In this document: in pieces, positions 1 to 8,775 of the stretch | How the letters are laid out: the number at the start of each line of letters is the position of its first letter | Numbering within the stretch: the first letter of the stretch is position 1 | Source: an uncultured Nitrososphaerota archaeon | GTDB taxonomy: Archaea; Thermoproteota; Nitrososphaeria; Nitrososphaerales; Nitrosopumilaceae | Direction: 5' to 3' | Length of the DNA stretch: 64,000 nucleotides | NCBI GenBank assembly: GCA_963701075.1 | Contig: OY969559.1 | Location: forward strand, 1,760,001-1,824,000 | Translations under genes and position numbers: made by a program | Notes under the pieces: generated by a model | Seen by the model: the letters and a program-made list of their open reading frames with translations, nothing else | Databases searched by the model: none | Told to the model about the DNA's origin: nothing

Positions 1-2
1 AG

Positions 3-1154
3 ATGGGAACAAAACCAAAGAAGATCCACATCCTCGATAGTACTCTGAGGGAAGGAGAACAGCACCCAGGTGTTACGTTTTCCAACAAGCAGAGAATCCA
101 GATTGCATGGATGCTAGACTATTTTGGTGTTGACCAAATTGAGATTTCACCAGTGGTGTCACCAGATCATAAAGAAGCTACCAAGACAATAATCAAGCAG
201 GGACTCAAGGCAGACATCGTCACTCATGTGCGCGCCCTAAAGGAAGATGTTGATATTGCACTAGAGTGCGATGCCACATGGATGGCAACCTATCTTGGAA
301 TATCTGACATTCACATGAAAGACAAGCTGAGAATAACAAGGGAGGAGGCACTACGAAGAGCAGTGGATACGGTAGAGTATGCAAAATCGCACGGATTTAA
401 GATGCGATTCACAGTTGAGGACGGCAGCAGGGCTGACCCAGAATTTCTCATCAAAGTTTGCAAAGAGATTTCAGATGCAGGTGTTGACAGAATCAGCATA
501 CCGGATACTGTTGGAATAATGAGACCAAATGGTATGTACAATCTAGTAAAGGCAGTTCGTGATAAAATAAAGACCCCGCTTGATGTGCATTGCCACAATG
601 ACATTGGACTTGCGTTATCTAATGCACTTGCAGGATGCGATGCAGGAGCTGATCAGATTCACACTACTATAGACGGTATCGGTGAAAGAACCGGCATACC
701 TGCCCTTGCAGAGACTGCAGTTGCACTCACTTATCTTTACAGGTCTCCAAATAATTTTAGACTGGACATGCTGATGGACCTATCAAGATTGATTGAGCAG
801 TACACAAGCATTACCCCGTATGATTCTAAACCAATTGTTGGCTCAACCGCATACAAGCACAAGGCAGGAACACACCTGGCTGCAATTCTTAGAAACCCCG
901 CAGCCTATGAGCCAATCGAGCCAAAGGTTGTAGGCAACAGGAGAAAAATAGTATTTGGTGAGCTTGCAGGCAAGAACGGTGCAGCATACCTCATGTCAAT
1001 ACTAGGTCTTGACCAAGATGAGGAACATGCAAAAAAAGTGGCAGCAGGCCTCAAGAATCTAAGGATGGGAGACCTACTTGAGATACCGCTTGATGACAAG
1101 CTTGAAAGAAAGATAATTAATGACACCCAGGTTAAGGTAAAGACAGGTAAGTAA
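3..1154 (+). CDS. Homocitrate synthase / 2-isopropylmalate synthase family (LeuA-type), lysine pathway
   Basis: DSTLREGEQ motif, HCHND metal motif, GIGER; upstream of lysW-lysX-lysK. Confidence 0.85.
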   Translation: MGTKPKKIHILDSTLREGEQHPGVTFSNKQRIQIAWMLDYFGVDQIEISPVVSPDHKEATKTIIKQGLKADIVTHVRALKEDVDIALECDATWMATYLGISDIHMKDKLRITREEALRRAVDTVEYAKSHGFKMRFTVEDGSRADPEFLIKVCKEISDAGVDRISIPDTVGIMRPNGMYNLVKAVRDKIKTPLDVHCHNDIGLALSNALAGCDAGADQIHTTIDGIGERTGIPALAETAVALTYLYRSPNNFRLDMLMDLSRLIEQYTSITPYDSKPIVGSTAYKHKAGTHLAAILRNPAAYEPIEPKVVGNRRKIVFGELAGKNGAAYLMSILGLDQDEEHAKKVAAGLKNLRMGDLLEIPLDDKLERKIINDTQVKVKTGK

Positions 1155-1155
1155 T

Positions 1156-1320
1156 ATGAAATGCATAGAATGTGACGCCGACATCAACCCCCCAAAGGAT
1201 TCAATGGAGGGAGAGATTGTGACTTGTCCAGACTGTGGTGCAAGTTTTGAGTTATCCAAAGGATCCTCAGGCTTTGAGTTAAAACCAGCACAAACTGTTG
1301 GTGAGGACTGGGGCCAGTGA
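1156..1320 (+). CDS. lysW: Amino-group carrier protein LysW/ArgW (54 aa; not in ORF track)
   Basis: Translated by hand: MKCIECDAD...VTCPDCGASFEL...VGEDWGQ*; two CxxC pairs and EDWG tail. Confidence 0.9.
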   Translation: MKCIECDADINPPKDSMEGEIVTCPDCGASFELSKGSSGFELKPAQTVGEDWGQ

Positions 1321-2166
1321 GCTCCGGTCTATCGATACTCTACGATACCATCAGGTGGGAAGAAAAAGACTCTGTTTGATGCCGCAAAGAAAAAAGACAT
1401 CGATGCAAAGATGGTTGATTGTAAGAGTTTATCCATTAATTTAGACAAGACCGAAGAGAGCTATGGCACTGCCATACAGAGATGTGTCAGCTATTATCGC
1501 AGTCTGCACTCCACTGCAGCACTTGAGGGAAAAGGGGTCAATGTAATCAACAGCTTAAACACCAGCATATTTGCCGGAAACAAACTCTTCACCCACATGC
1601 TCTTGGTAAAAAATGGAATTCCAACACCATTTAGTGCAGTTGCATTCTCAGAAGAAGCTGCACTAGAGACTTTGGAAAAAAGGGGATACCCAATGGTTCT
1701 AAAACCAACTGTTGGAAGTTGGGGAAGAATGATTGCCTTGCTAAATGACAGAGATTCTGCACAAGGAATAATGGAGACACGGGAGACAATGTATCCAATT
1801 TATCAGGTGTATTACTTGGAGGAATTTGTCAACAGGCCACCACGAGATATCAGAGCCATAATGATAGGCGACCAGGTGGTCGCAGCGATTTACCGCTATT
1901 CTGGCGATGGGCAGTGGAAGACAAACATGGCTCTTGGTGGCAAGGCAGAGCCACTGAAGGTGACAAAGGAACTAGAAGACATTTGTATCAAGGCAAAAAA
2001 TGCAGTACAGGGGCAGATAGTAGGAGTAGATCTGATGGAAAGCAAGGAAAACGGCCTGGTGGTTCACGAGGTCAATAACACAACGGAATACAAAAATACC
2101 GTAAGAGTTACTGGCGTAGATATACCAGCCTTGATGATAGATTACGCAATACAGTCGAGAAAGTAA
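1317..2166 (+). CDS. lysX: LysX/RimK-family ATP-grasp ligase (apparent +1 frameshift near 1365)
   Basis: GTG at 1317 gives MSSGLSILYDTIRWEEK; removing one A in gaagaaaaagac joins it to ORF 1411..2166 with KPTVGSWG, WKTNMALGG, GVDLME, EVN. Confidence 0.85.
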
Positions 2167-2169
2167 GAA

Positions 2170-3306
2170 TTGGACTCTTCAATTACCATTACACCAACAT
2201 ATGCAGTAAAGATGCTAGAGAAGGCTCTAAGACTTTACACGCCATCTCTTTCTGAAAAACCACTTGCGGATTTTCTGGCAGACAAGTGCGACGACTTGGG
2301 CTTTGAAAATATTCGCGTTGATGAGGTAGGCAACCTTATTGCAACAAAGGGCTCGGGTTCCCCAAAGATACTTCTTTGCGGTCATATGGATACTGTTCCA
2401 GGAAAGATAAAGGTCAGAAATGAGAACGGGTACGTCTATGGCAGGGGAGCTTCGGATGCAAAGGCGCCATTGATGTCAATGTTGCTAGCAGCCGCATCTG
2501 TTCAAAATAACACAGGAACAGTTGTCTTTGCAGCAGTGGTGGACGAGGAAGGAAATGCAACTGGGATCAAAAGTTTGGTCAAACAAAAATTAGATATCGA
2601 TTACGCAATTTTTGGCGAGCCTAGCAGCATAAAAAATATCACCATTGCATACAAGGGAAGAATTGCCATAAACCTGAAGATAAATGTAGGAGACAGCGCT
2701 CATGCCAGTGCACCATGGCTTGCAAAAAATGCAATTGAAGAGTCATATGTTTTTACCACTGCAATAAAGGAAGCGCTGGAAGGAAACCAAGATGGCAAAC
2801 CAAAAAGCATGATGTTGACTGTTGCACTCACGGAAATAAAGGGAGGCTCAAGCCACAACGTAACTGCAGTAGAGTGTGATGCAATCATGGACATAAGAAT
2901 TCCAGTAGACATGAACTGCAAAATGGTTGGAGAAAAAATTGCAACAACAGTCCAAGAGGTTGCCAAAAAACAGGGAGTAAATGCATTTTATTCCGTTCTA
3001 GACGAGACAGAACCATTTGAGGCACCGCATGCTTCACCACTTGTCAGGGCATTGACATTAGGAGTATTAGATGTCGAAAAGGCAAGGCCGCAACTTATCA
3101 GAAAGACTGGAACAGGTGATATGAATATCATTGGAAACACACTGAATATTCCAGTGGTAACATATGGACCTGGAGACCCCCATGCATCACATACAATTGA
3201 TGAGCACGTATCAACAGATGAATATGTACGAAGCATTGAGGTATTCAAGAGAATGCTGTACCATCTCAAGAGATTGCACGACAATCACACAAGTTCTGAC
3301 AAATAA
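2170..3306 (+). CDS. lysK: [LysW]-lysine/ornithine hydrolase (M20 family)
   Basis: GHMDTV, GRGASDAK, DEE, GEP, GTGDMN, HT.DE motifs; lys cluster context. Confidence 0.85.
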   Translation: MDSSITITPTYAVKMLEKALRLYTPSLSEKPLADFLADKCDDLGFENIRVDEVGNLIATKGSGSPKILLCGHMDTVPGKIKVRNENGYVYGRGASDAKAPLMSMLLAAASVQNNTGTVVFAAVVDEEGNATGIKSLVKQKLDIDYAIFGEPSSIKNITIAYKGRIAINLKINVGDSAHASAPWLAKNAIEESYVFTTAIKEALEGNQDGKPKSMMLTVALTEIKGGSSHNVTAVECDAIMDIRIPVDMNCKMVGEKIATTVQEVAKKQGVNAFYSVLDETEPFEAPHASPLVRALTLGVLDVEKARPQLIRKTGTGDMNIIGNTLNIPVVTYGPGDPHASHTIDEHVSTDEYVRSIEVFKRMLYHLKRLHDNHTSSDK

Positions 3307-3348
3307 CATAAAACGAACACCAAAATATACAACAAAGAGATTTGCGTT

Positions 3349-4386
3349 ATGTTATGGTTTATCGGACTTGGGATTTCAGGACTAGATGGAATTAGCCCAA
3401 GCACATCAAAGATTTTAAAAAAAGCTGACTTGGTTTTCTTTGAAAACTTTACAAGTCCTATACCAAAAAGTGACCAGTCCAAAATAAAAAAACTTGTCAA
3501 AAACAGGTTCAGGATTGCTCCGCGGTGGCTAGTAGAGGACGGCAAGATAATTCTTGCAGCAGCCAAGAAAAAGACAGTTGTTCTTCTTGCATATGGCGAC
3601 CCTTACATTGCAACCACGCATATCGAGCTGCGAACTAGGGCAGAGATTGAAAAGATAAAGACCAAGACTGTACACGCAGCATCTGCAATACCATCCCTTG
3701 TTGGAGAGTGCGGATTACAATACTACAAGATTGGGCGCCCTGTTACGGTAATGAGAGAGCAAAAGTCTTGGAGTACCGTATACCATACCATTTACGAGAA
3801 TCTTGTAAAGGGCGCACATAGTATTTTGATACTAGAATACAGCAGCATTGAAAATTTCTTTTTAGATCCAAGAGATGCAATCTCAAGTCTCTTATTTGCA
3901 GAAAGCGAACAGAAAAGAAATGTTATCGACGAATCAACATTTATCATAGTAGCTTCAAGAATTGGATCTAGGACCCAGAGCATAACGGCTGGAAAACTCT
4001 TTACTCTTTCCAAGATGGATTTTGGAAAACCCCCGCATACAGTCATCATTCCAGGAAGGATGCACTTTACAGAAACGGACGCGCTCAAGGCGTTTGCCAA
4101 ATGTATTGACGAGCCCTTTGATAATTCATCGAAGATACAAAAAATATCAGACCAGATGATTACAAAGTATGTTCCAAAGGCAAGACGAGCACTAGACGAG
4201 GTCATCAAGATCTTCCAAGACGACAAGAGTGTACAGCCAGTCATAGAAAATGCGCATCTCTATATCGATGACGCTGAGAAATTTCAAAGCGATGGAAAAG
4301 AAGAGCTTGCAATACTTAGCATTGGATATGCAGAGGGCCTGATCGATGCGTTGCGTCTCTCAAAGGGCATAGACCCGTGGACATAG
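3349..4386 (+). CDS. dph5: Diphthine synthase with C-terminal DUF357-like domain
   Basis: MLWFIGLGI, GDPYIATTH, PPHTVIIPG; C-terminal YIDDAEKF...IGYAEGLIDA. Confidence 0.9.
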   Translation: MLWFIGLGISGLDGISPSTSKILKKADLVFFENFTSPIPKSDQSKIKKLVKNRFRIAPRWLVEDGKIILAAAKKKTVVLLAYGDPYIATTHIELRTRAEIEKIKTKTVHAASAIPSLVGECGLQYYKIGRPVTVMREQKSWSTVYHTIYENLVKGAHSILILEYSSIENFFLDPRDAISSLLFAESEQKRNVIDESTFIIVASRIGSRTQSITAGKLFTLSKMDFGKPPHTVIIPGRMHFTETDALKAFAKCIDEPFDNSSKIQKISDQMITKYVPKARRALDEVIKIFQDDKSVQPVIENAHLYIDDAEKFQSDGKEELAILSIGYAEGLIDALRLSKGIDPWT

Positions 4387-4425
4387 ATTAATCAAGTGTT
4401 AGAATATCGTATCTTGAAGCTTAAA

Positions 4426-4483
4426 CAATCCAACGCCCTGCCCTACAATTCATTTATTCTCTAATTCGTGGTCTTTCGTCAAT
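4426..4483 (-). repeat. Cassette-repeat copy F (3' half only)
   Basis: Minus strand ATTGACGAAAGACC...GGGCGTTGGATT; same 42-nt spacing between AATCYAACGCC and TGGTCTTTCGTCAAT as the copy at 20981. Confidence 0.7.
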
Positions 4484-4753
4484 GTGAGCGTCACCCAAAT
4501 CCTTCTTTAAAAGCGCAACTTGTTCAAGTTCTCTAAACAACATATCAGCTGTAAGAAGTTGAACATATAGCTCCATCACTTGTTCATCTGACATGTTTGT
4601 TTTTTCTGGCATTAATCCATAAGGAACTAAAACACTTTCTATAAACTTCCACATATCTTCTAACGCATGACTATTTTCATTCATACTCTTATGATGATAA
4701 CGTGAATGATATACAAGTGCATTTTCCGTTGTCGCCAACACAACTATAGCCAT
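4454..4753 (-). CDS. Hypothetical cargo protein
   Basis: 99-aa ORF; its 3' end runs into repeat copy F. Confidence 0.4.
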   Translation of the reverse strand: MAIVVLATTENALVYHSRYHHKSMNENSHALEDMWKFIESVLVPYGLMPEKTNMSDEQVMELYVQLLTADMLFRELEQVALLKKDLGDAHIDERPRIRE

Positions 4754-4883
4754 GAGATTTTAACACATAGTGTTCCTTTATCTCATGTCCACAACTTTTG
4801 CACTTTGCTGTATCAAGTCTATCAACAGAATCTTCTTTTCCATACATATGCGTCGTAGTCAAATTCCTACCCCCCCCCCCCAA
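4689..4883 (-). CDS. Small Cys/His-rich (zinc-binding) hypothetical protein
   Basis: CKSCGH...H...C......C.C pattern; likely start at MYGKED. Confidence 0.45.
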   Translation of the reverse strand: MGGGGRNLTTTHMYGKEDSVDRLDTAKCKSCGHEIKEHYVLKSHGYSCVGDNGKCTCISFTLSS

Positions 4884-4992
4884 GTCTTATACTTTTTGCT
4901 TACACTCCCAAAATCTGGTCTTTCGTCAATTAGCGGAGTGTGGGAATGAGGAACGAGTGACGAATGTAGCGTAAGACCTGAAAGACCGCTTA
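4880..4992 (-). repeat. Cassette-repeat copy A
   Basis: TAAGC-GGTCTTTC...GAAAGACC-AGATT-TTGGGA; begins 7 nt after the stop of 5000..5578; near-identical to 21010-21100. Confidence 0.9.
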
Positions 4993-4999
4993 GAAAAAC

Positions 5000-5578
5000 T
5001 CACATTCCTCTATGACTTTTAGGAGGCCCAATTTGTATTCTGTATGACTGGGTATCTGCACTCCAAAGCAGAGCAAACCCTGCACCGTGTGGTCTAATCG
5101 CTTCACATGTTTCGGCATCAAGAACGAATTCTGTTTGGAATAATCTGACAGGAGTTCTTGCACCTACCAATGAAGCGTAGATTTCAAGCAGATGTTTTCC
5201 TGATGTAAAACTGAAACCATCAGTCTCGCCTGATAAAAGGAAGTGGTCAAACAAAGTCCGTCCTTCCTCACCAATTTTAACTCCTCCAAGATGAACCTTG
5301 TTTCCCTCAAAGTATATCCATTCACCGAAGGTTGCTACTGACCCATCTCGTATAACTTTGACAAACATAGATTCCACTACTTGACCACGCTTTGCAGTAC
5401 TGTAGAGTAAAGCCGTTACCACTATTTTGAACTGACCGTCATAACCATCTCTTGTAAAGAACAAGGCTGTCGGTCGTGTCAATTTCAAATTTCCTCGTTG
5501 AAAATATGTCAGGTATAATGCAACCATAGAAATGACAAAAGAACCTGATGCAATCGCTAGACTAAACAGATCAACCAT
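5000..5578 (-). CDS. Hypothetical protein with N-terminal TM helix (cargo cassette)
   Basis: 192-aa ORF, hydrophobic N-terminus, beta-rich remainder. Confidence 0.7.
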   Translation of the reverse strand: MVDLFSLAIASGSFVISMVALYLTYFQRGNLKLTRPTALFFTRDGYDGQFKIVVTALLYSTAKRGQVVESMFVKVIRDGSVATFGEWIYFEGNKVHLGGVKIGEEGRTLFDHFLLSGETDGFSFTSGKHLLEIYASLVGARTPVRLFQTEFVLDAETCEAIRPHGAGFALLWSADTQSYRIQIGPPKSHRGM

Positions 5579-5621
5579 TACGCATCTATTCTTTCAAAAT
5601 AATATTAACATGTTGAACTAC

Positions 5622-6069
5622 CCCTGCCAAACGACTATCAACGAAGTTGAAGGAGTGCGGAGTCATCGTCAGATGACGGAGACCCTGCCAAACGAACGTA
5701 GTGAGTGCGGAGCGAAGCGGAGACCCTACGAGCCGACATAATCCGAGCGGAGCGAGGACGAGCCTTGCAAAGCAAGGCGAAGCCCGAGGGTGCGTATACG
5801 CACCCGAGGTGTTATGGAGGGGAGTGCGTAGGGGGTGCGTTCTGACGCACCACCGTAGCCCGTAGCACAGCGTAGGGTGAGGCCTGGAGCAAAAAGAGGG
5901 TGGCTCGAAGAGACGGGTGAATTTTTGCGTAAAGCCAAATACTGCCCTCCATAACAATAGCAATCACGGAACGAGCAAAGCGAGGAGGATTGCGTGGGTT
6001 ATGTCGGCGAGTCATAATTATGGAAGCGAAGTCTCAAGAGGGGTGTCCGAAGGACGGGGTGAATTGAGA
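5622..6069 (+). other. GC-rich structured non-coding region (putative single-strand or transfer origin, or attI-like hub)
   Basis: Nested inverted repeats 5732-5744/5996-6008 and 5810-5821/5945-5956; hairpins 5662-5677, 5762-5778, 5788-5805, 5834-5851; tandem unit CCCTGCCAAACGA at 5622 and 5683. Confidence 0.7.
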
Positions 6070-6132
6070 TTGAGCATATCAAAAACAATATTAGAATAAT
6101 CTACAACCAAAATAAGTATAGCAACACGCAAA

Positions 6133-6378
6133 ATGAAAATAATTAATGTTGGATTATCTGCTCTCGGCATGACAATATCATTAATTGGCACTTTTGGACT
6201 ATGGTTCACAACCCACAAATTTTATCTTTGTATAACAAATCCTGCTAATAGCGCAAATTTAACAAATTGTGTAAACATGTCTAGCGAAGATTTTCCCTAT
6301 GTTCTTATGTCAATACTGGGTATCTTCTTACCTATCTTCGCTATGGTATTAACAACAAATCTCAAAAAAGACGATTAA
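6133..6378 (+). CDS. Small two-TM membrane protein (cargo cassette)
   Basis: 81 aa, two hydrophobic segments around a C..C loop; stop overlaps repeat copy D. Confidence 0.6.
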   Translation: MKIINVGLSALGMTISLIGTFGLWFTTHKFYLCITNPANSANLTNCVNMSSEDFPYVLMSILGIFLPIFAMVLTTNLKKDD

Positions 6379-6433
6379 AGTTGAGCCTTCGATTCTCTTG
6401 TGATGTGCAAAAGGCAGTGCATTAGCGTTGCAA
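6375..6433 (+). repeat. Cassette-repeat copy D (degenerate)
   Basis: TTAAAG..GAGCCTTCGATTC-TC-TTGTGA-21nt-GCGTTGCAA; aligns with copy B. Confidence 0.6.
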
Positions 6434-6543
6434 ACCACAAAATATAACGTTGTGCAACGTATCTAAGAATAGTCGGAATTTGCCAAAGCGGGGTATAAAT
6501 AACAATAAATAACAATAAATAACTCGGACGCAGTAATTACAGT

Positions 6544-6678
6544 ATGACCAGACATTGGACAGATCAAGAAGTTCAAGCCTTCAAAACATGGAATGAAAAA
6601 CGCAGTTCAGGCGGTTTAGGAAAACCTATGCGTTTTAATAACGTAGATTCTTTGATGAACTGGTTACATGCAAAATAG
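6544..6678 (+). CDS. Putative antitoxin (44 aa; not in ORF track)
   Basis: MTRHWTDQ...RFNNVDSLMNWLHAK*; C-terminus resembles RelB/DinJ-type tails; overlaps the next ORF. Confidence 0.5.
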   Translation: MTRHWTDQEVQAFKTWNEKRSSGGLGKPMRFNNVDSLMNWLHAK

Positions 6679-6961
6679 TAATTGGGAAATCGAAGCCTAT
6701 CCACTCTCAGATTTTAAAAATGAGTTTAATTCTCTAAGTTTACCTGCACAAAATGAAATTGAACAATTACTTCGGGAGTTAGTGGTTTTATCTGACCCAG
6801 AGGATAATGATTGTGCAGTTGATTGCCCAAAATTACCTGGATTCAATAATGCTGTAAAATACATAACCCAAAATGGCGCAATCCTGATTGTTGCTTTAGA
6901 AAGAATAGAACTTGATACTCTTAACACATACACAATAGTCCTTTTCTCCTGTTCTGAATAA
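6668..6961 (+). CDS. RelE/ParE-like toxin, divergent
   Basis: 97 aa, W.I....FKNEFNSLS...QNEI...L..L..DP pattern typical of RelE N-termini. Confidence 0.4.
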   Translation: MQNSNWEIEAYPLSDFKNEFNSLSLPAQNEIEQLLRELVVLSDPEDNDCAVDCPKLPGFNNAVKYITQNGAILIVALERIELDTLNTYTIVLFSCSE

Positions 6962-6964
6962 AAT

Positions 6965-7024
6965 TAAGCGAGCCTTCGGCTCACCTCTTGGGATTGTAAG
7001 AAACAGATGTTAAGGCGTTGGATT
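6965..7024 (+). repeat. Cassette-repeat copy B (short-hairpin form)
   Basis: TAAGC-GAGCC TTC GGCTC-ACCTC-TTGGGA-21nt-GCGTTGGAT; starts 3 nt after a stop codon. Confidence 0.75.
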
Positions 7025-7076
7025 TTATTAAATCCCGACAAGACTCTTTTATACTTAGAATTGTCATACACCGTAA

Positions 7077-7460
7077 ATGTATGATATGTCATCAATAAAA
7101 GACAGATTTGATTTATTTCTCAAAGCATCTCTTCACTATAAGAATCGCATAGAGTCTTTATCCCATGATGATGACATGAAAGTATATTGTGAGATAACAA
7201 CGAATTTTTTGAGTAAAGATGTGTCATTATTAGAAGAAATAACCAAGGTCATTAAAAACAAAGATTTACAAAGTTTCAAAGATCAGATGGACAGATACCA
7301 ACCAATTATCTGTTTAGCAATAACATGCTACCTCAAGGATTTACAAAGTTTCAAAGAAAAATTACCGAAGAAATTTGAATATGTTATGCTCACTTCCTTA
7401 CAAACTGTAGCAAAGGAAATCGAAGCCATTGAAGAACTTAAAGCAAGTTTTTGTAGATAA
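7077..7460 (+). CDS. Hypothetical helical protein (cargo cassette)
   Basis: 127-aa ORF with internal duplication KDLQSFK; TATA-like TTTTATA upstream. Confidence 0.6.
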   Translation: MYDMSSIKDRFDLFLKASLHYKNRIESLSHDDDMKVYCEITTNFLSKDVSLLEEITKVIKNKDLQSFKDQMDRYQPIICLAITCYLKDLQSFKEKLPKKFEYVMLTSLQTVAKEIEAIEELKASFCR

Positions 7461-7517
7461 CATTAAAGTGCAAGATCGCCGTATTATAACTGCCTAAGAA
7501 CTAGGCGAGGTGAAACC

Positions 7518-7673
7518 GTGTCAGACAACATCGAGCAGATGGCTTGGAAACTAGTGGAAGAAAACCCACTGTTCAAGCACGCAAAACCATACCTCAAGTA
7601 TCTAGCCATGAAAGAATTGGAATACAAGATACGAAAGGCGGTATGGGAACTCAAAGACCTCTTAAGACAGTAG
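7518..7673 (+). CDS. Small hypothetical protein (51 aa; not in ORF track)
   Basis: GAGGTGA ribosome-binding motif before GTG; MSDNIEQMAWKLVEENP...KDLLRQ*. Confidence 0.5.
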   Translation: MSDNIEQMAWKLVEENPLFKHAKPYLKYLAMKELEYKIRKAVWELKDLLRQ

Positions 7674-7742
7674 CACCTTTCGAGCCACAAGAAAAGTAAG
7701 CGTTCAATCAAGAACGCCCAAAAAGTAATGTGGCTCAACCCA

Positions 7743-8057
7743 TTATTCTCTCAAAAGTCTCTTTAGTTCCTTGATTTTAGACTCGCTCACAACTTCGCTA
7801 TCACTAGAGTCGTTAAGGTAGTGCCATAGTTTCTCTTTAGACCTCTTGAAAATATGGTAACCTATTATGGCAAGCGAGTCAGACGAACCCAGCATAGAGA
7901 TAAAGTCAATCAGTTCTACAAGGCTAATCTCAGAAACAAGATAGAGAACCAGAGCCACTACACCATTAATCAAAAAGAAGGCAATCGCTATCACGACAAT
8001 CTGCGTAAAAGCAATAGCGATTTTATGGTCTTGTCTAAGCCTCATCTTTCTCATCAC
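7743..8057 (-). CDS. Small membrane protein of the integrated element
   Basis: 104 aa, hydrophobic helices; overlaps the upstream gene. Confidence 0.55.
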   Translation of the reverse strand: MMRKMRLRQDHKIAIAFTQIVVIAIAFFLINGVVALVLYLVSEISLVELIDFISMLGSSDSLAIIGYHIFKRSKEKLWHYLNDSSDSEVVSESKIKELKRLLRE

Positions 8058-8295
8058 TTGTTAGTGGCTTTTGCCTGTGCCTTCTCGCTATATGGTCTGC
8101 CAAGTTTTCTGCCGAAAAGAATCTCATGCTACACCCAGCCATACTGCACCTATACTTTGGCTGTTCTTTCTGCTCGCCTCTTGTCTTGAACCAATCCAAA
8201 AGGAGTGTGTTAATCAACTCGTTTGGGTCTATATGCTCTTCTTGTCTGAGACGTGTCAACGCCTCAAAGTTTTGTCTTGTTAGGTATATTTGCAT
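8035..8295 (-). CDS. RHH-like DNA-binding protein with C2H2 zinc finger
   Basis: MQIYLT..NFEAL..L N-terminus; C..AGC..RF......L.DHIARRH. Confidence 0.65.
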   Translation of the reverse strand: MQIYLTRQNFEALTRLRQEEHIDPNELINTLLLDWFKTRGEQKEQPKYRCSMAGCSMRFFSAENLADHIARRHRQKPLTSDEKDEA

Positions 8296-8541
8296 TTTAT
8301 CACCAATAATGATATGATAAAAACATCTAAGAACCCATACGCCAGTTTGCTTTTACTTTAATGCTCAAGCACTAACATGAAAACTGCAAAACCTATCATG
8401 AAAAAAATTGGAAACAATTTTTCAAACAGTCTTTCTTTACTTCCTTTTCCAGAATCCTCTATTGCCCATTGATTTTTAGTCTTAGGATAATCTGGGTGTT
8501 TTCTTAGTAGCCTTTCAAAAAGCCACCACATCTGCGAAGCC

Positions 8542-8775
8542 CTATGATTTCTTGCCATTTAAATCCCTGAACTCTATGATGCCAAACTTTTTCTTTACAA
8601 TTATCGCCAGAACAGCAACAACAACCAAGAAAGCAATAGCAACTACAAAGATATTATTATCATGAGTAGCAAACCAACCAACAATCGCAAGAATTTCAAT
8701 TCCAAATACAAACGAAAGTATTTTCTTAAGAAACCTATACAATTCTAAACCGCTTACGCTCTTTCTCAATCTCAT
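8542..8775 (-). CDS. Small two-TM membrane protein
   Basis: 77 aa, translationally coupled to the ATPase stop. Confidence 0.55.
   Translation of the reverse strand: MRLRKSVSGLELYRFLKKILSFVFGIEILAIVGWFATHDNNIFVVAIAFLVVVAVLAIIVKKKFGIIEFRDLNGKKS

Noticed and set aside
4903-4990. Repeat as a hammerhead ribozyme or a duplicated protein C-terminus (PLIDERPDFGM*)
   Set aside because: The CUGANGA core is absent; no source gene is present and the short-hairpin copies do not keep the reading frame.
5532-6099. Several overlapping 60-125 aa ORFs in the GC-rich region
   Set aside because: Low-information Arg/Pro/Ala-rich translations on both strands; better explained by the structured non-coding DNA.
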